Shown: positions 8,577-18,954 of the stretch, one piece after another
Position numbering within the stretch: the first letter of the stretch is position 1
How the letters are laid out: every line of letters starts with the position of its first letter
NCBI GenBank assembly: GCA_017450325.1
Contig: JAFSVB010000183.1
Location: 1-53,295, forward strand
Direction of reading: 5' to 3'
DNA from: Bacilli bacterium
GTDB lineage: Bacteria > Bacillota_I > Bacilli_A > RFN20 > CAG-826
DNA length: 53,295 nucleotides
Translations under genes and position numbers: made by a program
Notes under the pieces: generated by a model
Database searches by the model: none
Seen by the model: the letters and a program-made list of their open reading frames with translations, nothing else
Told to the model about the DNA's origin: nothing

Positions 8577-9920
8577 ATGAAAAAATACACGAAATCAGAC
8601 ATCCTCGAAATGGCGAAACGGGAAGAGGTTAGCTATGTGCGCCTCCAGTTCTCGGATATCCTCGGCAACATCAAGGCCGTCGAAATCTCCGTCAGCCAAC
8701 TCTCCGATGCGCTCGACAATAAAATCATCTTCGACGGTTCTTCTGTCGAGGGCTTTGTTCGTATTAAAGAAGCGGACATGTCCCTTCACCCGGATTATGA
8801 CACCTGGACCGTTTTGACCTTTGAAGATAGTTCCTATGGTAAGGTCGCCCGTTTGATCTGCGACGTTTATACCTCTTATGGCAAACCCTTCCAAGGCGAC
8901 CCCCGTTATATCCTCAAACGCCAAATTCGCGCGATGAACGATGCGGGTATTGGCAACTTTGATGTCGGCTTCGAGCCGGAGTTCTTCCTGTTCAAGCTCG
9001 GCCCTGACGGACATCCGGTCGTCGAGCCGATTGACGATGGCTCTTATTTCGACCTTTCGCCGATCGATGGCGCGCAGAATATCCGCCGCGACATCGCCCT
9101 CGAACTCGAAAAGATGGGCTTTGTCATTCAGACCGCCCACCACGAAGTCGCCCCGGGCCAAGAGGAAGTCAATTTCCGCTTCGCCCACGTTCTCGAGGCT
9201 TGCGACAACCTCCAAACCTTTAAGCAGATCGTCAAATGCGTCGCCAGGAAGCATGGCTATCACGCGACCTTCATGCCGAAACCGATTCAGGGAATCAATG
9301 GTTCGGGCATGCACACCAATTGCTCGATCTCCGATAACGAAGGCGTGAACCTTTTCTATGACGCGGAAGACCCGATGAAGCTTTCTTTGGTTTGCCGCCA
9401 GTTCATCACCGGCATCATCAATCACGCCCGTGGCATGGCGGCGATCACCAATCCGACCGTCAATTCCTATAAGCGCCTTATCCCTGGCTACGAAGCTCCT
9501 TGCTATGTCTGCTGGAGCGACGCAAACCGCTCGTCCATGATCCGCATCCCCGCCTCGAGAGGGCAGGGGACCCGCGCAGAGCTCCGCCATGTCGACGCGA
9601 TGAGCAACCCTTATCTCGCCCTCGCTTGCATTATCGCCGCTGGCCTTGATGGCATTAAGAATATTAAAGAAGAGGACCTTATTCCTCCCGTTTACGACAA
9701 CATCTTCACCTTGACCCGTGAGCAGCGTGAAGCCCAAGGCATCATGAATCTTCCCGAGAACCTTAAGGACGCTTTGAAAGAAATGCGTGCAGATCCGCTG
9801 ATTTATCAGACCCTTGGTGAGCACGCCTTCAACAAGTTCCTCGCGGCGAAGAACATCGAATGGGAGACCTATCGCTCCATCATCACCGAGTGGGAACTCA
9901 AGACCTACCTTTCAAAATAA
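8577..9920 (+). CDS. glnA: Glutamine synthetase, type I
   Basis: MKKYTKSDILEMAKREEVSYVRLQFSDILGNIKAVEISVSQL...FDGSSVEGFVRI, then ...MPKPIQGINGSGMHTN... and NPYLALA are classic GSI motifs. The track start GTG 8562 was trimmed to ATG 8577. Confidence 0.95.
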   Translation: MKKYTKSDILEMAKREEVSYVRLQFSDILGNIKAVEISVSQLSDALDNKIIFDGSSVEGFVRIKEADMSLHPDYDTWTVLTFEDSSYGKVARLICDVYTSYGKPFQGDPRYILKRQIRAMNDAGIGNFDVGFEPEFFLFKLGPDGHPVVEPIDDGSYFDLSPIDGAQNIRRDIALELEKMGFVIQTAHHEVAPGQEEVNFRFAHVLEACDNLQTFKQIVKCVARKHGYHATFMPKPIQGINGSGMHTNCSISDNEGVNLFYDAEDPMKLSLVCRQFITGIINHARGMAAITNPTVNSYKRLIPGYEAPCYVCWSDANRSSMIRIPASRGQGTRAELRHVDAMSNPYLALACIIAAGLDGIKNIKEEDLIPPVYDNIFTLTREQREAQGIMNLPENLKDALKEMRADPLIYQTLGEHAFNKFLAAKNIEWETYRSIITEWELKTYLSK

Positions 9921-9978
9921 CATATGTTTTTTGAAAATGTCCTATTCTTTTCCCCATAAGGGGAAGAAAATATAGGGC

Positions 9979-11145
9979 ATGAAAGGCGAGCGTTTGAAAA
10001 TCGGCATCATCGGCGCTTCGGCGTCTGGCATCTACTCTGCCCTCCTTTTGGCTTTGTCGGGTAGGGGTTATGAAATCCACCTATTCGACCACGCGGATAA
10101 AATCGGAAAGAAAGTTCTCGCGACTGGAAACGGCCATTGCAACTTTTTGCATAGACCTTTTTCCCCGCAAGCGTATAACGACCCTTCTTTTGTCGAAAGC
10201 CTATGGAAAAGCGTTGGCGAAGAAAAACTACAGCAATATTTGGACGCCCTCGGTATCGAATCGTTCGTTAAGGGAGAACTCGTCTACCCGCTTTCTTATA
10301 ACGCGGCCGCTTTTGTGCGCCACCTCGGCAATCTCTTAGCGAAGAAAGGCATTCGCGTTTCCTTGAACGAGGAAGTCAAGGACGTCGATGGAGGCAGGGT
10401 CGTAACACCCTCTGGGGTTCATGATTTTGACATTGTCATCTTCGCCTTTGGTGGAAAGTCCCAAAGCAACCTCGGTTCCGACGGCTCCTTATTCTCCGTT
10501 TTGGGTAAGCGCGGATATCACATCACCCCGCTTTCCCCTGGTTTATGCCCGCTTCGTTGCGCGGATGTTCCAAAGTCCCTCGCGGGCGTCCGCCATGGAG
10601 CGCTTGTGACCCTAGAAGACGGAAAAGCCCTTTACCAAGAAGATGGGGAAGTCCTCTTTAAGAAAGATGGCATTTCTGGCATCGCGGTGATGAATGCTTC
10701 GTTGCACTTTCAGCCTGGCACCAGGTTACACCTTGATCTCTTCCCGTCGATTAGCAAGGCGGATCTCGCGGAGAAGCTCGCGCGTTCCTTGTCGCAAAAC
10801 GGCGATGATTTCTTGGTGCCATTCGCGGAAAAGCCTCTAGCGGAATTCCTCGCAAATAAGGCAAAAAATGCTGCAAAAACGCCATCAATTTCTGAAAAAT
10901 CCATGCAATTTGCATCTTTGATGAAAGATCTGATCTTCCACCCGATAGAACGCTATGGGTTTGCGGAATCACAAGTTACTTGCGGCGGCGTCGATCTTGC
11001 AAACGTGAACGAACATCTACAAAGCGCCATAGACCCGCGCCATTATTTCGTCGGCGAGTGCTTGAACATCCATGGTTATTGCGGTGGCCATAACCTTGGC
11101 TTTGCTTTGCTTTCCGCCATCGTCGTCTCGGAGGCCATCGCATGA
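9979..11145 (+). CDS. HI0933/BaiN-like FAD-dependent oxidoreductase
   Basis: N-terminal dinucleotide fold KIGIIGASASGIYSALLLA...IHLFD, then KKVLATGNGHCNF. The C-terminus has VTCGGVDL...GECLNIHGYCGGHNLGFA, typical of the HI0933-like flavoprotein family. Confidence 0.75.
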   Translation: MKGERLKIGIIGASASGIYSALLLALSGRGYEIHLFDHADKIGKKVLATGNGHCNFLHRPFSPQAYNDPSFVESLWKSVGEEKLQQYLDALGIESFVKGELVYPLSYNAAAFVRHLGNLLAKKGIRVSLNEEVKDVDGGRVVTPSGVHDFDIVIFAFGGKSQSNLGSDGSLFSVLGKRGYHITPLSPGLCPLRCADVPKSLAGVRHGALVTLEDGKALYQEDGEVLFKKDGISGIAVMNASLHFQPGTRLHLDLFPSISKADLAEKLARSLSQNGDDFLVPFAEKPLAEFLANKAKNAAKTPSISEKSMQFASLMKDLIFHPIERYGFAESQVTCGGVDLANVNEHLQSAIDPRHYFVGECLNIHGYCGGHNLGFALLSAIVVSEAIA

Positions 11146-12572
11146 AATACGTCGTATCAAAAGTTTTCGTAATGCCCGAAGATGGCCCGGCCATCATCCG
11201 CAAGAAAGTCGCACAAAAACTCGGCGTCCGCGTTACGAGTCTCCATGTCGAGGTTCTTTCGAAGCAGTGGTGGAGAGGAAAAACCGGCGGCATGGTCGAG
11301 CTTTGCGTCGAAGCGGAGACCAACGAGTTCATCCATAACACGGCCTACCTTCCTACTTCTTCCGAGATAATCCCCCTTCCTTCGATACAGATGAAATTAA
11401 GCCCCGTTATCGTGGGGTTTGGACTTCGTGGCGCGCTTACGGCCTTTTTGTTCGCGAAGATGGGCTTAAGGCCAATCGTTCTAGAAGAAGGGGAGGAGCT
11501 TGCGCTTCGAGAGGGCAAACAAAAAGATAAGTCTTTTGATTACATCCGCGGAGAAGGTGGTTTGTCCGTCTATTCTGGCCTGCTGTTCTCTCCCCGCGAG
11601 TTAAGCCCTACGATGCGTTCGTTGCTCCAAGAGGAAGGAATTCTTTTCGAAGGCGTCGATGCGCATCAATATCTCCCGGCCGCCTTCCTAAAATCCCTCG
11701 TCAAGAAACTGCACGAGGTCATCCTTGCAAAGGGCGGAACCATCTTGTTTCAGCATAAATACGCCGGCCAAAAGCGTTTCCTTGGGAAACTTCGTGGCAT
11801 TTATTGCGATTATCATAACGAACGGAAACTCATCCGCGCCTCCACGGTCGTCTTTACAAACGGCATGGGTGATGATGAATTCTTTATCGGGTGCTGCATC
11901 GAGTCTTCCCCTCGTCTTTTTAACCAGTTCGTCTATGGCAAAGCCATCGTCGACGCGAAGTTCCCACCTTATTATGCCGAGTCCGTCTTTAAACCAAGGG
12001 GTGGTAGGGAATCCCTGCTGATGACGGGCCTTCCCAAGGCCACCATGCTCGATGTGTTCTCATATGCTTCTTTGCTTGGCGAGGCGCTTGAATTCAACGC
12101 AAAGGGTAAAAACGCGCTCAGTTACGTCGGCGTCTCGGTTTCCATGGAAGAAGGCGTGAGGCTCATGAAAGAGGGCTATGTCTCCGGCAAGCCCTTTGCG
12201 ACGCCTTATTCCACCATCAGCGATTTCTTCTTCCGCCGCGACCCGCTGAAGCTTGGAACCGTAAAGCCAATCAACGCCTCTCGGGTGATTCTGACCTCGG
12301 TCAATCGGCTTCTTGGGAACGCCGTTTCGCCGGAATTGGAAAAAGCCGTCAAACAATTCGGGAAGGCTTTCCCGTACCTTTTGCAAGAAGACGCCCTTAT
12401 CGGAGGACTGGTTCTTCTCAGGGGGTCCAAAAACGCAGAAAACCAAAATATCGGCGCAAAAGACCAATATTTTGTTTCTGTTCGTGCCCGAAAGTCCCTT
12501 GATTTTTCCTTCATCGCCAACGCTGCTTTCCAGTGCGTTTTGGATGTGGCGCATTCGTGCAAAACACATTGA
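11142..12572 (+). CDS. COG2509-type uncharacterised FAD-dependent protein
   Basis: ATGA overlap with the upstream gene. It has a small N-terminal domain, then VIVGFGLRGALTAFLFAKMGLRPIVLEEG (GxGxxG with an acidic end) and GEGGLSVYSG, resembling the FGEGGAGTFSDG block of this family. Confidence 0.6.
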   Translation: MKYVVSKVFVMPEDGPAIIRKKVAQKLGVRVTSLHVEVLSKQWWRGKTGGMVELCVEAETNEFIHNTAYLPTSSEIIPLPSIQMKLSPVIVGFGLRGALTAFLFAKMGLRPIVLEEGEELALREGKQKDKSFDYIRGEGGLSVYSGLLFSPRELSPTMRSLLQEEGILFEGVDAHQYLPAAFLKSLVKKLHEVILAKGGTILFQHKYAGQKRFLGKLRGIYCDYHNERKLIRASTVVFTNGMGDDEFFIGCCIESSPRLFNQFVYGKAIVDAKFPPYYAESVFKPRGGRESLLMTGLPKATMLDVFSYASLLGEALEFNAKGKNALSYVGVSVSMEEGVRLMKEGYVSGKPFATPYSTISDFFFRRDPLKLGTVKPINASRVILTSVNRLLGNAVSPELEKAVKQFGKAFPYLLQEDALIGGLVLLRGSKNAENQNIGAKDQYFVSVRARKSLDFSFIANAAFQCVLDVAHSCKTH

Positions 12573-12650
12573 CTATCTATCAAAGATAGACTTTAATATT
12601 GGGGCTGCTTTTTCGCGTAAGCGTGTAAAAGCATGATCGTGAGGTAAGTT

Positions 12651-13610
12651 ATGAAATACTCTTCCACCACTCGTTTGATCAATGTTGTCGTCTTCGCCTT
12701 GCTGGCCATCGGATTTGGATTCCTCGGCATTTATTTTGGCATCTTGGTCACCCCGTTCCGCTTTGTTAGCGGTGGCGGCCCTCTCGGAGTCACGTTTGAA
12801 AACGTTGGCTGGGGCCTATTCGCCATGCTTGGCGTCCTCGGCTTGACGGGCCTCCTCGTCAGCGCCTATGGCTTGGTTCAGTCCGTGTTCGCGGTCCTTC
12901 GCGGCAATGATGACCTTCCTGTCCGCAGGGCTTTCTCGAGCTATGTCGCCCTCGGCTATGTCGTCGCCATCTTCTTCTTCCTCAACGCCGTCTGGCTCTA
13001 TCGCCTCACTTCCACCAACATCGGTTATGATGACATGGCGTTCGTCATCATCGTCTACGTCATCCTCTTTCTCGTGGCGATCATCGTTTCCAACATCCCG
13101 CTTCTTCGTATGTACGGCGAAGGCGAGGAACTCAACAAAATCATGAAGGCCATCACCGGTCCGATCGTCGCTGCGACCTTCTCCCTGATGCTCGTCTATG
13201 GCCTGTCCTTCTTCCTTTTGCCCTCCGACGCGTATTCTCGTGCGGTCATGAGCAAGCAGCTTGGCGTTCCTGCTTTGATCTTCCTCGTCGCCTTCCTCCT
13301 CTCCGGCGCTGCCTTCCTTGGCTATGGCCGTGCGGATAAGGCTCAGAAAGTCAGCAAGATGAATGGCTTCCTCTTCGAGGGCTCCCTCCTTGCCATCGGC
13401 GCCGCCATCATCGTCGCGGGCGTGTTCGAGTACTTGAGCCAGTCCGCCAAGAACGCTCCGCTTGTCTCCCTCGTCGGCAAGTCCGTTCCCGCTGGCAACA
13501 GCGCCTACATGGAATTCGCCGTCATGTCCTGGATCGTCGGCGGCCTCCTCGTCATCCTCGCTTGCTTCCTCTGCCTCTCCACCCTTAAGGGCGACAAGAA
13601 AAAGCAGTAA
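12651..13610 (+). CDS. Hypothetical polytopic membrane protein (about 8 TM segments)
   Basis: 319-aa ORF made of successive hydrophobic 20-25-aa stretches, with a K-rich C-terminus. There is no recognisable catalytic motif. Confidence 0.6.
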   Translation: MKYSSTTRLINVVVFALLAIGFGFLGIYFGILVTPFRFVSGGGPLGVTFENVGWGLFAMLGVLGLTGLLVSAYGLVQSVFAVLRGNDDLPVRRAFSSYVALGYVVAIFFFLNAVWLYRLTSTNIGYDDMAFVIIVYVILFLVAIIVSNIPLLRMYGEGEELNKIMKAITGPIVAATFSLMLVYGLSFFLLPSDAYSRAVMSKQLGVPALIFLVAFLLSGAAFLGYGRADKAQKVSKMNGFLFEGSLLAIGAAIIVAGVFEYLSQSAKNAPLVSLVGKSVPAGNSAYMEFAVMSWIVGGLLVILACFLCLSTLKGDKKKQ

Positions 13611-13624
13611 GCGCGAACTCCAAT

Positions 13625-13653
13625 AAAAAACGGGCTCAGATGAGCCCCTTTTT
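13625..13653. terminator. Bidirectional rho-independent terminator
   Basis: AAAAAAC-GGGCTC-AGAT-GAGCCC-CTTTTT. A 6-bp GC stem is flanked by an A-run and a T-run, between convergent genes. Confidence 0.75.
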
Positions 13654-13658
13654 CTTCG

Positions 13659-14153
13659 CTATTTGAGGCGTTGCTCCACGTAATCGCCCTCGATGAGTAT
13701 GTATTCGTCGTAGAGATCCACGACGTCTTTCTGCACTTCCTCAAACTCGCGGAAGAGGCTATACATGGCTTCATCGCAGACGACGCGATCTTTCGTGCGC
13801 ATCTTGTTTTGCCTCATGCAGACATCGAAGGGGATCTTGAACACGACGAGGACGTGTTTATCAAAGCCTGGCGTGTTTTGATGGTAGTAACGGCGGTAGG
13901 CGTTCTGCAGGTTCGTCGCATCGGCGATGACGGTGCAGTCTTCGCACGCATGCGCATTGATATCCGAGAGGAAGGTTTCCCAAACCAGCCGCTCGTTCTT
14001 GAAGCACTGAGCGCTGCCAAATAGTTTGACGCGCACTTGATCGCTGGAAACGATATAGACGTTCTTATGGGTGCGTTGGTACTCTTTTGCCCAGGTGGAT
14101 TTCCCGCTTCCGGGAATGGCAGAGAGAAGGATCATCGTGCTCATACGGCGCAT
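13659..14153 (-). CDS. P-loop kinase-like ATPase (AAA_33 / polynucleotide-kinase-like)
   Basis: MILLSAIPGSGKSTWAKEY is an N-terminal Walker A. SSD and DATN motifs follow. Total 164 aa; the internal Met at 14144 or 14135 may be the true start. Confidence 0.65.
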   Translation of the reverse strand: MRRMSTMILLSAIPGSGKSTWAKEYQRTHKNVYIVSSDQVRVKLFGSAQCFKNERLVWETFLSDINAHACEDCTVIADATNLQNAYRRYYHQNTPGFDKHVLVVFKIPFDVCMRQNKMRTKDRVVCDEAMYSLFREFEEVQKDVVDLYDEYILIEGDYVEQRLK

Positions 14154-14218
14154 ATCTTACCCTCTAGGGTAGAAAATGCTCAAGAAAGTTTTCTGCAAGG
14201 TATACAATTTGTCCGCAC

Positions 14219-15442
14219 ATGAAATCTCTTAAGAACCTCTTCCGATATGGGCCTGGTCCATCTAGTAGCCACACAATAGCGCCCTTTTTGGCCGCGAAAG
14301 CCTTTGCGTCGCAAATAGGGGAGAAAACGAAAGAAGTTCATGTCACGTTCCTAGGATCTTTGGCGCTTACGGGAACCGGCCATCATAGCGCCCTTGCCGT
14401 CAAGGAAGGCCTTAAGGACTATGATGTCACGATTGACTTTGACACCATAACGAAGCCGAAACACCCTCTTACCATGGTTTTCAAAGCCGAGTTGCCCGAG
14501 GGCCCGTTATCGACGACCTATTATTCTCTCGGCGGAGGCGAGCTCTATAGCGAAACCGATTCGACCGTGGTTGAAAAAGACGTCTATCCCTTTGCCACCT
14601 TGAAGGAGATGCGCGCCTATATGATGGATGAAGGAATCGCGACATTCCGCGAACTTTGCCTTCGCTTTGAGGATCCTTCCATCGATGGTTATATGATGAA
14701 AGTCGTCAAGGCGATGATCCAATCCGTCGAGCGGGGCCTCGTCTCCGAAGGACCGATTCCCGCGAACGATAACCCGCGTCTACAAGTCTTCCGCAGTGCG
14801 AAAGGAATCTATGCTCAAGCAAAAAAATTGCGGGGTTCTGCAAGGAAAACGCTGCTTTTAAGCGCTTATGCCTATGCCGTTGCGGAGGGTTCTGCCTGCG
14901 GAGAAGTGGTGGTGACCGCGCCCACTTGCGGTAGTTCGGGCGTGCTTCCAGCCATCATTTATTATGCCCACGCCCATCGTCATATCCCCCTTCCTCGTCT
15001 ACGCGATGCTCTTTATGTCGCAGGGATGTTTGGGAACTTCGTGAAGCAAAACGCCTGTATCGCTGGCTCTATCGGAGGATGTCAAGCGGAAATCGGCACG
15101 GCTTCCTCGATGGCCGCCGCCGCGATCTGCTCGTTGGAAGGACTTGGAATCGGCGCGATGGAATACGCGGCCGAGGCAGCGATGGAGCATTTCCTCGGGC
15201 TTAGCTGCGATCCGGTCGACGGCTATGTCATCATCCCTTGCATCGAGCGCAACGGCATCGCCGCGAACCGCGCCTTAACATGCTTCCATTACGCGAAATA
15301 CATCTCGCCCATCCGCCGGAACAAAGTCAATTTCGACGATGTCGTCGCCGCGATGAAAATGACCGGTGATTCGCTCGCCATGGAATATAAAGAGACGGGA
15401 TTAGGCGGCCTTGCCTACATTCTCGATCCTCGCCACTGCTAA
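14219..15442 (+). CDS. sdaA: L-serine dehydratase, iron-sulfur dependent, single-chain form
   Basis: LFRYGPGPSSSHTIAP at the N-terminus. Alpha-domain motifs VVTAPTCGSSGVLPA, GGCQAEIGTASSMAA and CDPVDGYVIIPCIERNGIAA. Confidence 0.85.
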   Translation: MKSLKNLFRYGPGPSSSHTIAPFLAAKAFASQIGEKTKEVHVTFLGSLALTGTGHHSALAVKEGLKDYDVTIDFDTITKPKHPLTMVFKAELPEGPLSTTYYSLGGGELYSETDSTVVEKDVYPFATLKEMRAYMMDEGIATFRELCLRFEDPSIDGYMMKVVKAMIQSVERGLVSEGPIPANDNPRLQVFRSAKGIYAQAKKLRGSARKTLLLSAYAYAVAEGSACGEVVVTAPTCGSSGVLPAIIYYAHAHRHIPLPRLRDALYVAGMFGNFVKQNACIAGSIGGCQAEIGTASSMAAAAICSLEGLGIGAMEYAAEAAMEHFLGLSCDPVDGYVIIPCIERNGIAANRALTCFHYAKYISPIRRNKVNFDDVVAAMKMTGDSLAMEYKETGLGGLAYILDPRHC

Positions 15443-15538
15443 AGTAGATAAGCGTTAATCCCCAACGAAAGCGCTTGTACGCGCTTGGGCACGCAAGAAA
15501 ACCTCAACAAGGCGGCTTTGTTTTGGTACAATTTTCTT

Positions 15539-16123
15539 ATGGACGAAGTCATTGTCGCAAAAAACAAGAAGTTCATCGTCGAGACGGTCAAGGCGAAACA
15601 CCCGGACCACACGACCTATATTTGCACGTGGTCCAATCGGAAATATTTGCTTCGCACCTTCGTCACGGGCTTCGATCAAGCGCTTAAGGATTACAAGACC
15701 TTGAAACGCGCCGGCATCAACATGGCCAAGGTTTGCTTCCACGATGATGAGAAGAAAATCATCGTCTTTGATTATTTCCCCGAGGACGATTGCCTTACCG
15801 CTCTTTCCAAAGGACCATTGCCCGATATTTACTTCGATGCGCTGTTCTCCCTTTATCGCTTCGCGCGGTTCTCGAAAGTCGCCCTTGATTGGGAGCCGCA
15901 GAACTTCATGCTACGCGGTAGCCAGATGTTCTACCTGCCGACCAAGTGGGCACCTTTGACAGAGGAGAACCCCCTCGAGAAAGAGGGCATCCGTACCTGG
16001 TATCTTGGAAAGGAAGGCCGTGGTCTATTGGCGCGCAAAGGCTACGATATTTCGGGCCTTCCGTCTTTTGAGGACAACGTCGTGAATAAGTCCATTGTTT
16101 TATCGACCGTTCGTTATTGGTGA
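15539..16123 (+). CDS. Hypothetical protein with weak protein-kinase-like features
   Basis: Track ORF 15485..16123 (TTG start); the first ATG is at 15539. IVFDYFPEDD and ALDWEPQNFML loosely resemble the hinge and catalytic-loop regions of small RIO/Kdo-like kinases. Its stop overlaps the tgt start (TGATG). Confidence 0.45.
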   Translation: MDEVIVAKNKKFIVETVKAKHPDHTTYICTWSNRKYLLRTFVTGFDQALKDYKTLKRAGINMAKVCFHDDEKKIIVFDYFPEDDCLTALSKGPLPDIYFDALFSLYRFARFSKVALDWEPQNFMLRGSQMFYLPTKWAPLTEENPLEKEGIRTWYLGKEGRGLLARKGYDISGLPSFEDNVVNKSIVLSTVRYW

Positions 16124-17250
16124 TGAGCAAGTCCTTTGGTCTAGAAATCCTTCACATCGATAAGACTACCGGCGCCCGGTATGGTCTTTTGCATACTCCC
16201 CACGGAACCGTCGAGGTCCCGATGTTCATGCCCGTTGGCACCAACGCCACGTTGAAGATGCTTTCGCCTGAGCAAGTCGCCGCCTGCGGTTCGGGAGTGG
16301 TGCTCGCCAATATCTACCATCTCCATATCCGTCCAGGCGAAAAAATCGTGCAAAACGCGGGCGGTTTGCATGAATTTATGAATTATCATGGCCCGATCCT
16401 CACCGATTCAGGCGGCTTCCAGGTATTCTCTTTAGCGAGCAGAAGGAAGATCACCGAAGAAGGCGTGACCTTCCAAAACGAGATCGACGGCCGGCGAGAG
16501 TTCTTCTCGCCTGAGGAAGCGATTCGCATCGAGGAGGCCCTTGGTGCGGATATCATCATGAGCTTCGACGAATGCATCCCTTATCCCGTCACGAAGGAAT
16601 ATGCCGCGCGTTCCACCGAGCGGACGTTGCGCTGGGCAAAACGCGGGCTTGAAGCCAAGACCAGGGACGACCAAGCGCTTTTTGGCATCGTCCAAGGGGG
16701 CGCGTTCCGCGAATTGCGCGAGCATGCCGCCAAAGAGCTCGCCACGATGCCCTTCGAGGGGTATTCCATCGGTGGCACTTCCATCGGGGAGCCCAAAGAA
16801 GTCTGCTTTGAAATGATTCAGGACGCCATTCGTTTCCTTCCCGCGAATAAGCCCCGTTACCTCATGGGCGTTGGCTCCATCGACTACATCCTCGAAGGCA
16901 TCACCCATGGCGTCGATATGTTCGACTGCGTCTTGCCAACCCGCCTCGCCCGCCATGGAGCGCTCTTGACGCGCCATGGCCGCATCAACATTCAGCGCAA
17001 GGAATACGAAGAGGACTACACGCCGATTGAAGAAGATTGCGACTGCTATGCCTGCCAGCACTATACCAAGGCATATCTGCGCCACCTTTACAAGGCCAAG
17101 GAAGGCTTTGGCCAGACCCTGAATTCCATCCATAACATCCGCTTTCTCATCCGCCTTTGCGAAGAGGCGCGCGTTGCCATTCGCGAGGACCGTTTCGCGG
17201 AATTTAAGGCAGACGTGTATGCGAAATTCGGAGATAAGAGAGGATTCTGA
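16123..17250 (+). CDS. tgt: tRNA-guanine transglycosylase (queuine tRNA-ribosyltransferase)
   Basis: [30 protein letters not shown] and the zinc motif [17 protein letters not shown]. Possible starts are TTG 16117, GTG 16120 and ATG 16123; I chose the ATG. Confidence 0.95.
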   Translation: MSKSFGLEILHIDKTTGARYGLLHTPHGTVEVPMFMPVGTNATLKMLSPEQVAACGSGVVLANIYHLHIRPGEKIVQNAGGLHEFMNYHGPILTDSGGFQVFSLASRRKITEEGVTFQNEIDGRREFFSPEEAIRIEEALGADIIMSFDECIPYPVTKEYAARSTERTLRWAKRGLEAKTRDDQALFGIVQGGAFRELREHAAKELATMPFEGYSIGGTSIGEPKEVCFEMIQDAIRFLPANKPRYLMGVGSIDYILEGITHGVDMFDCVLPTRLARHGALLTRHGRINIQRKEYEEDYTPIEEDCDCYACQHYTKAYLRHLYKAKEGFGQTLNSIHNIRFLIRLCEEARVAIREDRFAEFKADVYAKFGDKRGF

Positions 17251-18299
17251 TGGATATCAATTTGTTCGATTTCTACCTTCCTGAGGAGCAGATTGCCCAA
17301 ACTCCTCTGAAGGCCCGCGATATGGCGAAGCTCATGGTCATCGACCGCGAGCACCAAACCTTGGAGCACAAAGTCTTCTACGACTTGCTCGACTATGTTC
17401 GCCCAGGCGATGTCTTTGTCCGCAACAACACCAAAGTCATCCCCGCGAGGCTTCTCGGCGTAAAAGAGGCCACCAAAGGCAAGGTCGAGGTTTTATTGCT
17501 TCACGAAGTTCCGGAAGAAGGGGAGGACGTGTGGGAATGCCTCGTCGGCTCCGCGAAATCGGTCCGCGTCGGCAGCCGCTGCGTCTTTGGCGAAGGCAAG
17601 CTCATCGCCGAATGCACGGCCGTCTATGACGAAGGCATCCGCCATATGCGCTTCCATTACGAAGGAATCTTCCTCGAAGTCCTTGATCAGCTTGGCGTCA
17701 TGCCATTGCCGCCATATATCAAGGAGCAGTGTGAGGATAAAAACGACTACCAGACCGTTTATGCGCGCGTCCCTGGCTCCGTCGCCGCCCCGACCGCGGG
17801 CTTCCATTTCACCGAAGAGCTCTTCGAGAAAATGAAGGCCAAAGGCGCGGAGATTCTCGATGTCACCCTCAATATCGGCCTAGGCACTTTCCGCCCCGTC
17901 AAAGTGCAGGATACCAAAGACCATGTCATGCACGAAGAAACCTACACGATGGACGAATATACCGCCTCACGTCTGAATCTCGCGAAAAAAGAGGGGCGCA
18001 GGATCATCACGATCGGCACGACCTCGGTCCGAACGCTGGAATCCATCTATGGCAAATACGGAGAGTTCCGTCCTGAATCCAGCGCGACCAGCATCTTCAT
18101 TTCCCCCGGCTATGAATTCGGCGCCGTCGACGCGATGGTCACCAATTTCCATCTGCCGAAGTCGACTTTGGTCATGCTCGTGAGCGCCTTCATGGGACGT
18201 GAATGGACGCTTCATTGCTATGAAGAGGCCGTCCGCTGCAAGTATCGATTCTTCTCGTTCGGAGACGCGATGTTCATTTATGGAGATAAAAGAAAATAA
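17250..18299 (+). CDS. queA: S-adenosylmethionine:tRNA ribosyltransferase-isomerase
   Basis: [21 protein letters not shown]...[25 protein letters not shown] and [10 protein letters not shown]. 1-nt TGATG overlap with tgt. Confidence 0.95.
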   Translation: MDINLFDFYLPEEQIAQTPLKARDMAKLMVIDREHQTLEHKVFYDLLDYVRPGDVFVRNNTKVIPARLLGVKEATKGKVEVLLLHEVPEEGEDVWECLVGSAKSVRVGSRCVFGEGKLIAECTAVYDEGIRHMRFHYEGIFLEVLDQLGVMPLPPYIKEQCEDKNDYQTVYARVPGSVAAPTAGFHFTEELFEKMKAKGAEILDVTLNIGLGTFRPVKVQDTKDHVMHEETYTMDEYTASRLNLAKKEGRRIITIGTTSVRTLESIYGKYGEFRPESSATSIFISPGYEFGAVDAMVTNFHLPKSTLVMLVSAFMGREWTLHCYEEAVRCKYRFFSFGDAMFIYGDKRK

Positions 18300-18954
18300 G
18301 CCCAAAACGAAGGTGAATTATCAGGATATTTGTGAGAAAATCGTCGCAAATCTCCCACAAAATCCAAAACCAAGGCTTTTGCTTCACGCTTGCTGCGGAC
18401 CCTGTTCTTGCTATCCGTTGACCTATCTATGCCCGCTATTCGACGTGACGATTTACTACGCCAATTCCAACATCTACCCCAAGCAGGAATACGACCATCG
18501 CCTCGCGACGCTTCGAGAATTGCTCGCGGATCTAAAGCGCGACCGTGGCTTTGACATCCACCTCATCGTCCCGCCTTATGACAACGAGGGATACATGAAG
18601 CCGCTCCTCCCGCTGAAGGATGAGCCAGAAGGAGGCAAGCGCTGCTTCCTTTGCTATACCATGCGCATGGAGGAAGCCTATCGTTATGCTGCGGAGCAAG
18701 GCTATGACTATTTCACGACCGTCATGACCGTCTCCCGTCAAAAGGATTCCCAAAAGTTCAATGAAATCGGTAAGGCCCTTTCCGCCAAATATCCTTCTGT
18801 CTCTTATCTTTTCAGCGACTTCAAGAAGAACAAGGGTCAGGAAATCGGAACGTCCATCCGCAAGCAATACGACCTTTATAACCAGGATTATTGCGGCTGC
18901 CAAATCAGCTATGAAGAGGCGCTTATCCGCAGGGAAAGGAGCGCCAAACCATGA
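18280..18954 (+). CDS. queH: Epoxyqueuosine reductase QueH (DUF208 type)
   Basis: [44 protein letters not shown] and DYCGC. The track ORF (18199) was trimmed to ATG 18280, which overlaps the queA 3' end by 20 nt. Confidence 0.85.
   Translation: MEIKENKPKTKVNYQDICEKIVANLPQNPKPRLLLHACCGPCSCYPLTYLCPLFDVTIYYANSNIYPKQEYDHRLATLRELLADLKRDRGFDIHLIVPPYDNEGYMKPLLPLKDEPEGGKRCFLCYTMRMEEAYRYAAEQGYDYFTTVMTVSRQKDSQKFNEIGKALSAKYPSVSYLFSDFKKNKGQEIGTSIRKQYDLYNQDYCGCQISYEEALIRRERSAKP

Noticed and set aside
8595-9824. 409-aa minus-strand ORF covering almost all of glnA.
   Set aside because: It is antisense to a textbook glutamine synthetase, with a low-complexity composition and no motifs. I treat it as a shadow ORF.
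12573-12650. Small AT-rich inverted repeat CTATCT-ATCAA-AGATAG after the COG2509-type gene, considered as a possible terminator.
   Set aside because: The stem is only 6 bp and AT-rich, with no U-tract. That is too weak to call.
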